From assembly GCA_030141605.1 (NCBI GenBank), contig JAQGDQ010000007.1:62001-126000 (forward strand): DNA of 64,000 nucleotides, read 5' to 3'. Source of the DNA: Tubiluchus corallicola. Taxonomy: Eukaryota; Animalia; Priapulida. The notes below the pieces were generated by a model. It worked only from the letters and a program-made list of their open reading frames with translations, ran no database searches and was not told the DNA's origin. Positions 49,269-61,200 of the stretch are shown piece by piece. The position numbers and the translations under genes are program-made. Position 1 is the stretch's first letter. Each line of letters starts with the position of its first letter.

Positions 49269-52200
49269 ATGACGCGTACGAAAGATAGAAAATATCTTTA
49301 TTTAGCGGCGATAACGTCAGATGGCATCGTGAGACCGACAAAGGCAGCTTTGCAAGAAGATGGCGGTATACAATTTGTGAGTTTGTGTTACACGTGATGA
49401 TTTTTCTGGTTTTTGACTAGAAATGTAAGAATTTACCAAATTAAAGCGCTCACGATCGGGCATACTCGACCAGCTATTTATGAAACTTTTGTAAAATGCC
49501 GGGAATTTTTTGTTGGTCTAAAACAAACCACATACTAGGATGGTAACTACATCTTCAATTCATGTTCACCAAAAGTATTTTAATTTAAGGCCTAGTGAAG
49601 AGAATGTATTTGATGCTTACAAGCATCTAACTTATGTTCTTATACTAACGCTTATGCTGTAACTTATACTAATGTTCTTTTTATAATAACTATAAATTTA
49701 TGTACAGGTACAAAACGGACACTGCCAGGTGTATTCTAAAATTCTATATACAAGAATTAATTAGTTTTACAAAAAATGTACTAAGTCCATCCATACTGTA
49801 TGAATTCTTAAAATAAAGGCAACTATTTTCAAAAAATATGCTCAAACTCAATATGACTTAAATTCTGTACAGAATAATGCTGTCAAACTTTACAACAGTC
49901 TCCCTCCTGAAGTCGTAGCTTCGCAAACATTGCATCTGCAGTAAAAAAAAATTGTTTCCATTTAATTAGCAACTATATCCAGTTAACGAAGCTCAGTAAA
50001 AAATCTACCATCCCGTCTTGTTTGCTTGAGTGCTTCGTTTCCGACTCATTTCTGCGATTTATCTTCCTGTCAGACATCCAAATTTCATTGCATCTTCTCA
50101 TAGTCGGGAATATGTCATTAAAGCCTTTATTCTTTGGAGTATCACTATTCGTCTACGTACTCTAATTCACCACCAAAAAAAGAAAAATTAACTCGGGTCA
50201 CAAATTAAATGTTAACTTGAAGTTGCTATTTACATCATATAATGATATACTTTACTCTAATTGTTTGATCATTGAATTCATTTTTTTCTTTTTTGGCTGA
50301 TTTATTTTTAGTTTAATGATTTACAATCTTCACAGGTTGATATTGCTTTCATTCTTTTTCTTTTGTTTTTTTTTTGTTGGATTAAGTTTCTTGATTTAAA
50401 TTTTTGTTTTGTTTATTAATTTAAACTACAGTGTTCCCTCACTTATCGCGGGTGTTCCGTTGCAGGCCCACCCGGGATAAGTGAATTTCCGCGAAGTAGG
50501 GACGCTATACTTATTTTAGTAGTTATACATCATTTTGAGTCTTTATAAACCCTCCCCACACTCTTATGCATAACCCTTTCCCATTCCCTTAATAACTTTT
50601 CCCATACTGTACAAGTACTTTTTAAAAAACTTTACTTAAATCCATCAATCAACCAATCGTGTGTTGAGTATAATCTCACGTCGGCAAGAAGCATCTGAAG
50701 CGGGCGCAAGTACTACATTTCGTTTTTGGTTTGTATTCGTCCGCCAAATAAATACACTGTTTACTGTAAATGGTAATTTTTTATGATTTATAATATTCTT
50801 TTAATGTTAGAATTAATATTTTTATACATTTTGTGATTTTTATGCAAAAGTCATCAAATCTATACATTATTATAGAATACGTACTACGCATTTGCAAAAA
50901 TACTTTAGACAGAGTACATACTTTAAACAGTGAAAATACCGTGATAAATATTTTACATTAATATTTTTGAAAACACGCGAGACAGGGAGTCCGTGATAAA
51001 CAAACCGCGAAGTAGCGAGGGAACACTGAATTTCATCTGCCATATTCATTTATTGCTCGCCATTTTAATTCTAAACAAATGTTGAACTTATGTTATTTTT
51101 GCCAAGTTATTTTTCTTTTATCTTTTTTTTGTTTGTGTTTTCAAATTTTGTTGATTATTATTTAGTTATATACATCTACTGGACAAGTCACACTTAATTT
51201 TTTTCATTTCTGAAACAGATGTTGGTATTCTCGTTTTCCTGTCTCTTTTCTGTTTTATTTTATTTTTTACTTTGTTTATGTTTATTTTGTAAATATTAGA
51301 CATATATAAATTATTTTCTTACTTATTTTTGGCAACGATAAATTTGAATGTGAAATTACCTTTTCAGCTTGTCTCAAGTCTAATTTTACATTTAACTTGA
51401 ATTTTAACTTGAGTGTTTTTTTGTATGAGTTAAGATGTTATAATTTAGTTACTTATAATTTAAAATATTCTGTCATTTTGCTTCACTGTTTGGGGAAATA
51501 ATACCTTTATATAGTTTTTTTAGGACAAAAATCAAATTTATTTAAACTAGGCTAGAGCTGTGAGTGCTTTGCCTTTTCTCTAATTCACTTATGTAGTATC
51601 TACTGTATTAGTCAGATTTGTTGCAATTATCATTTTTTTTTATTTTAAAACAGTGTGAATAATTTTCAGAGAATAAAAAAGTAAAATAGGTAACGTAACA
51701 TGTTCAAATTTTTTTGTTTATAGCCAAGATCACATCATGACATTATGAGTGGTTATGTCTGTTTTGTGTGCGGTGGACAGGGGGCACAATATCGATTGCA
51801 CTGCAAGGTGCGAGACCATGGTTCTTACTTTCCATTTCTAGAACATCATGAACCACCGCGGGGTGCATTTCCAGCTGGTACAGATGGTACGGTACAAGCT
51901 TGTTCCCTTTGTTATTCATTTCTCAATCAACAATGGGAGACATACGAACGCACGAGAACACCGCATCAGAAACGTCTATACTGGTTAAAACGTAACGATC
52001 ATGCACCCTTTATAGGTAAGTGCTGTTTTACTGCTCAGTCTAATACACGTTACGATGTCTGTGCTTGTTCTAAATGCTGTCATTGTAGATATATGGATGA
52101 TGTATGTTATGACATACTTATTTCTGGATATGATTTCAGGAATGAGAAAAAAAACAGGAAATTTTTTGGAACACTTTGTGTCACACTGCCAATTAAATCA

Positions 52201-55200
52201 ATATCAGAAATTGCACCAGTAAATGCTGAGTATTTCTAACACACCAAAATAAATATACCATATTTCTTTTAGGGCCTGTGCTCTTTTTTGTCAGTCATTG
52301 AAACTATTGGACCCTTATAAAGATGACTGCTTGTTCAAGCATGGGCACTTTTCACCTTTTAACTTAAAGATGACCATTGGTGAAGTGCCATATTGAATGA
52401 ACTTCCAAATGGCCACACAGCATGAGAGTAATCTGTACATAGGCATTGTGCATACCCACCCTGCTCGGTGATGTACACTCAGTGACCAACAGTTGTTTAC
52501 ATTAACAGACTTGCATGCTACAGCATTCCAAAAATACGTACACCTGCATGTTAACCTGAATCCAGAAATAATAACAGTAGAATTTTGAAACCGAAATTGG
52601 CACATAGCACATTTTCAATACATCGAAATATGGCCAGGATAGAACTTTATTCAAGTGTGCTCACTTATTTTTCTCATTTTCTTTCCTTGGGCATTTATTC
52701 AGACAGACCATTTTCAAGCATTTTCCCTAAAATGAATAAATATGGTTGTAAAAATGTGAAAATAAGCACACAAAGATCATCTTTATACAAAAATCATCTG
52801 TTAATCATGTAGAAAAGATTTTACAGATACAATTAGTCAGAAACAGAAGTAGGTCTCCTTTTTAAGCTGGCTTTGACAAGAAAATAGTGAAAGTTTCAGA
52901 ATTATCATAAGCACTAATGTGTGCGTACAGTGCTGTAAAGTTACAGAAGCTTGCTGGTCAATACATTAAATTTTTTCAACAAAATAGAGCAAAAAACATG
53001 GCAACAAACCAGCACTATGCTACACGTATATTAGCATTTTGGCCAGTATCTTATTAGCATTTTTTATCTTGGTGTATTTCAGTGTAACTGTTTTAACTAC
53101 AGTACATCCTTCGACAAAACATGGTTGATTATCAGTTTTTCTTCATGATTTCTGATTTGAAACTTAAATGTTTAAAAAGCTGTTATGGTTATTTTAATCA
53201 TATTCATAGTGTTTAAAGTTTGCATGTATGCTTATGTGTGATCTGTTTTTTACAGGCGCTGAAATGCAACAGCAGGGTGAATACATGTCACACATGCTTG
53301 GTTTACATGGCTTCGAAGGAAATGTCTGCAGCCGTGAGGCAGATGACAGTGAACCACTTTATTATAAGTATCAGGAACAGTTGGATCCCGTGTTGCCTAG
53401 GCCCGAGATGCCACCACGACTCGCTGCTGTTCACCATGATGACGATTCTGCCCCGCAAGATAAAGCTAGCACCAATAATGGAGCACTTGATCTTACTTTA
53501 CCAACAAAATCTTCTGCTCATATGATGTGCTTCTTATGTGGTATGGAATGCCCTAGAGAACACATCCGAGAGGTGTTTGCAGTCGCACGTGACAAGCTAT
53601 CACATGCGCCATTTTTTCCAGCGCTGTTGAAGCACAAACTGCCTGGACGCTCACTGCATGTGACGGATAATGGCAGCGTGTTTTCTTGCAAGGATTGTTA
53701 TGCACATCTGATGCAACAATGGCATTTCTATCAGGCAAATAATGTTCCCCAACATGTAAGAAAGTACCAGCTGTTGAAAGACACGACATCTACGACGGGC
53801 GATTCTATGCTTCGCTGTTTTTTATGCGGGCGTGAGCATACATCAAGTTCCACGTGTTTTATTTATAGTAAAAAACAGACAGAAGGTCATGCTTTTTTCC
53901 TCTTTTTAAAATCTCTCGTTCCAGCAACAGGTTCGATGCCATTAACAGATGAGGGTCTAGCGAGAGTGTGTCAGAATTGCCATAAATCTCTGATGAAACA
54001 GTGGAGAGAGTATGAGCAGAATTCTGTCCCAGAATCTGCCAGAACATATGAGCACCCCGTTACTGGAGTAACGTATACTGCTGCAGGTTCTGCTGATGTA
54101 ACAAATCAGTTGCTTGCTCCTCACCTGAGTGGTCTTCGTGAAATTGCATGTTACCTGTGTGCGCAGACATTTCCACGCGATACCATGAAACCAACATATG
54201 CTCGTCCACCCCATGATGCAAGTAAATACACCATGTATTTTCCTTTCATAAATTTGTTGCCACGGCCGTCGCGCGCACCAGTCATGGACAATGAGTATAA
54301 AGTGCTGTCTTGCCAAGCTTGTTATAAGTTTCTGCAAAGGCAATGGCAGCAATATGAAAATGACAGGGTGGCGTCATCACTACGCACGTATGTATTACGC
54401 CCAGTCCCTGCAGTGGCAAGTCCCATAGAAAATGCCGAAACTGGTAACCATCCAGATGCTCCCACATCAGCGCTTCGTATTCAAGTGCCCACTCCGCAGG
54501 CTAGTAATGCTTCACAGGATGTGAATGTTAATCAGCATGGACATGGGACAGGGTTGCTAATGACAGTAAATTCACACAAAAGTCCAGCTCATCAACATCC
54601 GTCAACTAGCACATTGCATAACTCATCAGTGATTAACCGACCATGTTGGAATGGTGATGTGGTGACGAATAGCTCCAGTCCTCATCAGTTGAATTTGTCT
54701 GTCACTTGTCGTGTATGTGGGGTAATCGTAGAACCGGGGACATCCATTATTCTGCGTTCACGTCCTCTTGAAGATTCTGGTGCTCAGCCAAAACCATTCT
54801 TCCCAATTCTTGAAAAGATAGATGACCTTGCAGAAGAGGTGCATTGCTGTCCCTTGTGTGCCTTCCATTTGTTAGAACAATGGAAGTGGTATGAGAATAG
54901 CACTCAGCCCGAGCACGCTGATCGATTTCACCGAAAATACAACCTTTCTGATTTTGTCTGTTACATATGTGGGGTGGCAACACGCAGGCGTAGATTACGT
55001 GCCATTTCGTTGAAGAAGTTCACGTCACTGAGTCTACGTAATCGACCGAATGGCAGCATTATACTGGATGACGGTGATACGGTAGTCGTGTGCCTGATGT
55101 GTTACGAGACTCTGCAAGATCAGTGGGAGGAATATGAGCGGATGGGTGTTCCGAATAAATTACGCAGATACAATTGGGTCGCTGCACCCCCACCGCCAGT

Positions 55201-58200
55201 CGAGGACGATCCTCTGGAAAATTCGGAGGTAATTATAAGATTTTTCTCTTTTTAACATTTCTATTCCTGGTATTTTTTCCAAATATTTACTGGGTAAGTG
55301 GTGCTCTGGTTTCAGAATTTAATTGAAATCAACTGTTTTTTAATACTTAAAATATTCCACATCCCTAGAACATTACAAAGCCAAGCTATGTTAAAAAACT
55401 ATTTCATATCAAAAAATATTCAAAACAAGTTGCATTCAGAATGGTTTGCCAGGCTTCACTTACTTCACTTTACTAGTTAACGTCATAAAGAAACAGTTAA
55501 CTGTTCGTTATGAATTTAATAACAGCAGTTAAAACAAACTTAGAAGCATGTATAATTAAAGCAGTCAGAAATTTGTTACGCAAACAGAGAATTGAGTATT
55601 TTTTAAGGAGAAGAAAACTTGGACAATTAGTGAATAATTTCTGTGGCACTTAGAGTTGCAAATGTGTGGGTCACTCAAGTTTGCTTTTCTTAGAATGCGC
55701 TTGAAAAGCAAAATGTCGAAACCAGTCATGTGGTACTGAACTTACCGCATAATCCATTTTCTCTTTCATGAACTGATGTTTTCTCATCTATAATGGTGGT
55801 CAGCCTGGCCTACTGATACATAGTGATTCACTTCCACACAAACAATAGTTATGGAAATTGCCATTATTAGCAAAAGCTTTTTATGTTACAGCAAGTAGTA
55901 AGCTCAAGTCGAAGTCATCGATAATCAGTATATTTTTTATCAATACATTGCAGTCAAAGTACCTCAAATCATTGCCTCGAGTAAGAAATACCCTTCAATA
56001 TCGAATGAATTATTAAACAAGCTCATATTTTTGTTGCAATACAAACTACATTGCAATATCAAAATCCAAGGGGCTTATGCATGGTCATTTAGACAAGGTC
56101 CCTTTTGACTTGCACTCTTTGCACAGCACAAGCCACCTGATAAAAGGGGAAAACAGCTGAAGTAACTGCAGAAGCTTACAGCTGATGCTAGTTATAGCTA
56201 CAACTCATAACTGAAGAACTGATATGGATCGTATTACTGCAGAGCGATGAGTTAAGCTTTGAGTTACTTTTTCATATTTATTTTTTAAGTGGTAATGCAA
56301 TCTATGGTAATAAGGATGTAACACAGAATGTGTACAAGGATTTATTGTGCATTCCAGACATTTCCAGAAGGACCACCAACCTGGAATCTCGTGGATGCTT
56401 CTAGAAATCCATTGTCTAAAGCAAGCAATAGTGATGCCGTCGATTCACATCACAGTCAGTCGGTTATTGGTAAGTTTGTGTTTTTTAGTAAAACTCGTCC
56501 AAAAACAAAGTGCTTGTAGAGACGCCACTGGCTTATCCATTTCAAAAAATGATAACTGTGTAAGGGAATTGATTTTGTTCAAGGTCAATGCCCACAAATT
56601 TTTCTCATTAAAACTGTTATTATAGCACAAAGAGACTGCAGAACCCCCGTCATTATAGATTAATGTGGAGGAAGAGGTAAGAGTGCTTTAATACCCAATA
56701 ATCTGTAATAATAAGATGGTACATTATGTTCATATACAACAGGCGTTATTGGAAAAGGCAACCAATAAGTTAAACCCGTTCAAGGCACAATATACACACC
56801 TGAATGGTATTATTGATTGATTGATTACTATTTATTTCAGCATAAAAATCATAAAAATTTACAATGACTAAAACTGCACTAAAATACTGACATCACTAAA
56901 TATAAAACGTGATTAAAAGCAGTTAAGATTTACAATGCCATCCATCAAGAAGTTAAGACTATATTCCATAATTCAAAAAAAAAATCGATTTAAAATACAA
57001 GTAGGCAATTTATAGGAAGATTTAATAAGTAATAGTTACTGTACAACAGGAATTGCCTCATGATGTCTCACAGTAGCTCTAGCTGTGTGGTCTAGCATAT
57101 CACACACACCCCACACCCCCATCCTACCCCCACCTGACTTTCTATCCATACGTTACTATTATAGTTAGTTTGTCATTTGTGACCAGAATAAATCAAACAG
57201 TCATTATCATAATAATAATAATAATAATCTTTACTTAAAGTCGGCTTTTTAGATAAACAGTTAACATAACTGTTGGCCGAATGCAAATAACAATTCTATA
57301 ACTACATAACAGAGACTATTATTACCCTGCTTTTACCCTAAATACCATGTGCCAGACAGAGCAACAGCAGGTACCATTTTTAAAGTATTTGGTATGACCT
57401 CACAGCAGTATCGAACTCACGACCACCCAGGCGTAAAGCAAACGCCTTACCACTAAGCTGTACCATTGCAGCAGATGAAATCTGTTAACGAGATCCATTG
57501 CAAAGGGAGTTTACTGTAATTATTTTTTATATGAGAAGTATTTATAAAACACAGTAAGTACAAAATAACATGACAGTAAGAAATGCGCTCATGCATAAGC
57601 TTCATGTTATTGCAGGCCAAGTAAAAACTAGGACAATGTTGAAGATTCCTGGTTATGATTATGATCGATCATCATTTTGTTGTTAAAAAATATAAAGTCA
57701 CAGAATTTGTGTGATTATTATTGGTCCTGTTGCAAATATATGAGATTTTTTCAGCAGCGAAGCTCTGACCACAACCAAAACCAATGTTCTTTGACATTAT
57801 CTCACTCGCAGACTTTTACAAATGAGTTTTTACAAGCATAATGAAGAAAGCAAGTTATGTACTAGCCCTTAATTGAACTACTGCCTACTATTTTGCTCTT
57901 CTAGTTTCATTTGCAAAAGGAACTAGTGCATGAACCTGAACCCACCATAGCTGCATAGAATGAAGATGTGGATTCAAAACTCAGTGAAGGAATTAATTAT
58001 TTATAATCTTAAGTTCAAAATCATTATTAGGTCGAACAGGTTGGCCATCTATAGAGGATGAATTTTGGACTGTCATGATTGCTGGGGAACACTGTAGTCT
58101 AGCGGTTGTGGTACCTGCTTTGCAAGCAGAAGAGCCCTCTTTTAAATTTAGGCTGTTTCAGCTTTCTAACATTTCCTGGTTTCCAAGTTTGGTTTAAAAT

Positions 58201-61200
58201 TTAATTCATTGTAAATTTGTACCATCGACAAATTAATAAAATTGTCCCGGCTTTCTGTATTAAATTGCTGAATTTATAGTTATAAATTTATATCTAAAGT
58301 TGTACGATAGCTTGATAAATTGTGGAACTCTAATTTCTTCAGTTAATAAAGCTCCAGATGTAGCAGTTTTGAAGTTTCCTGTAATATAGATGACAGTTAG
58401 CATAGCATTATTTGGGGAATGAAAAAGGCCTGAGTTCAAATCTTAGTGGTAGATTTTTTCAGTATTCTAATTTGTTTTGTATATATGCGTTTATTCTCAA
58501 ATATGGCAATGTTCCCCCTTAGAGAATATTTAAACTTAAGCTACAGTGAACTGGCATTTTGAGGATTCTTTGGAACTGGGTAATGGCGACAAAATTAAAA
58601 ATAGCGAATAGGAAAGAAGGGAGAGTAAAGATTAAAATGAAAAAGCCCATAGATAAAAAGACAGTCGTAATATAGACATGAGTAATAAATGCAGTGGCAA
58701 TAAAGGCAATAAAAAAATTAAACAGGTATTGTTGAAAAGACAAACGTAAAAATGTAAATAAGTAGAAAAGCTACAGTAAACAATAATATTCGTCGAATGC
58801 CAAACTCATACCTGCGACATGTGGTGGTCGAAAATCGTGTTCATGATAAGGTTATAGGCCTTTATGGGGGTACCTGTTTTGGGGCGTACCGTTAGCCTGA
58901 AAGTCCGCTCCCATGGTAAATGGATAGTCATTTGTGGCGGTGGTCAGAAATTATGTTCCCAATGAGGAGGTTATTTCGTCACAGGCTCTTGGGCTATAAG
59001 TAAATTACTTCTAAGGTAATGGATTGTAATATACATTGCGTGATTATCAAACACATTGAATCTATTTAAGTTTTAAGCAAATGGTATCATACTGAGTATT
59101 GTATTCTAATTTTGACCCATTACAAATTGACTTAATTTTTCTTCAATTTCCTTTTTCTATAATATTTGTAATAGTATTGGGGCATTATTTATTATTACTG
59201 AGGATTATACTCGAAGCATTGACTTTCCACAGCCTCACAGCCCCAGTGATCACTGCTTTAGTCTCGGATAATGCCAGATAATTTCTAAATGCAATGATAG
59301 TGCAGTATTGTAGAGTTTTATCTGTGTGACACAAACGAATTGCTTTACACATTCCCTAATCACAGCAACAGCTAGTGAAGCCCTCCTCGGGTTGAGTCAA
59401 CAGTTGTCACGCGCTCTGCGCACTGCGACTTTTTCCTGGCGATTAAAAATACATGATTATCAGCTAGCTGCAGGCAGCCCGAGTAGCATAGTCATGCTGT
59501 AATCATGGATATCCTAGGTGTTTATTGATTCATCAGATCTCTGTCTCTCTTTGTGTGTGCACCGTACCTTGTAATTTGACTAAGAAGACTTCTCTGATCA
59601 ATAAAGCTGCCACTGCACGCCGCTAGGCGTCGCCGTATCGTCCCACTGCGGTAATTTAACATAGCGTTTCTGCACACAGTAGTAGCTAGTCTGCTGCTGC
59701 CTGGTCAATAAAATATTTGTAACGGCGCGCCATTGTTATTGTGCAAAAATTATGTACAATCTGTTTCTGAACGGTGCAGCCTTAAGGCACCCGTCCGCCG
59801 TACCTGTGCAGTTCTTTAGTTATCCAGGTGAGTGATTCCACACAGGTGTTGAGGTGTGCACTAGAGCGTGACGCGTACGTGTACTACAGTTGGTAATCGT
59901 TAACAGCGTTTTTTATTTTACTCTGCGCACCGTCAGTCTTCATCTAATTCGACTTTTCTAATACGTATTCTGTTTTTGGCAAATTGCTGTAATTGTGCAC
60001 TACAACGCTTTTTATTTTACCGATTTTTTGTATAATAAATTTTTGTACGTTTTTAATTTCCAGTGGGAGCTGTATAATTATAATTCTTGTATTACTGTTG
60101 CGTTGGGGGGGGAGGGCAAAAAAAGGTTTTCTGCGGCGTGCGGACTTTGGTTAAGATGTATAAATCACTTCACTGGCAAAGGCAATTTTGCGAACGAGTA
60201 CACGTGTACATACGTATACGTTAGTGCCTTTATATCCTTGGATTCTGTAACTGCTTGTGGTATGCTGCAAAAGCAAAGACTTATCTGTCTCCTGCATACG
60301 TGCGTGTAGACTGTTTGCAAACTTTTTATAGCTGTAATATGAATGTGACTTGGTGTTAACATATGTGACAATTATAAGTCACATTTTACACCAAGTTTAG
60401 TTGTGACGATAACAGTTTTACATTGAGTTTGTGTAGCGTTCTGTGTCCTAGTGTCTCTTGGCAAAGTTGGAATATTTAATTTCGTTTGTAGTTTAATTAT
60501 TGCTGGTTTCTTTTGTTGTAAACATGATGTCCAGCACTTGTTGATGATGATGTTAGAGTATGATGTGGAATCTCAAGACTATTTATCTCAAGTGAGGATA
60601 TTTAGTGCTCTTGAACTCCACAGAAGTATTGGCAACTCTTAGGTGTTAACTTGCCAGAGTGAATTGGTGGGTTTTTTAATTGATAAACTGCTCAAAAAGA
60701 TCAACACTACAGTTATCCAGTTTTCTGGTACACATCACCTGACTAAATTATAGGAATTTTTTACGCTGTTGTGACTCTATTATTAATTGTGGTTTAGTTA
60801 AACCTAATTTACCACTTATTGAAGAACTACTGCAGCTGTTGACTGGGGACTAGATTATAGTTCTCTTTGCAGACAATCGTTAAGTCAAATTTTGTTACAG
60901 TGATGCATTCAGACAAGCTCAAGACTGGTACTTAGACATTTTACTCTCGATTAACAGGGCCGTTTGGTCACACGAACCATTAAAATTTTGTTTTATTTTA
61001 ACTTAAAATTGCTAATAAAACGGTTACTTAGAATTATTATAAGCTATAAGATTATATTTATTTCATTAAAGTGCCTCCTAATCAAATGTCCTAAGCATGT
61101 CACTAAAATTAAACTGATATCTGTAACTAATTACCATGCTGTGATAGTTTTACTGTTATGATTCTGATTACGTAATGTTTTTCCACTAGTTTTATTATTT

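Noticed and set aside
57395-57464. Functional tRNA gene
   Set aside because: Has A/B boxes but no clean acceptor stem, and continues into a SINE core.
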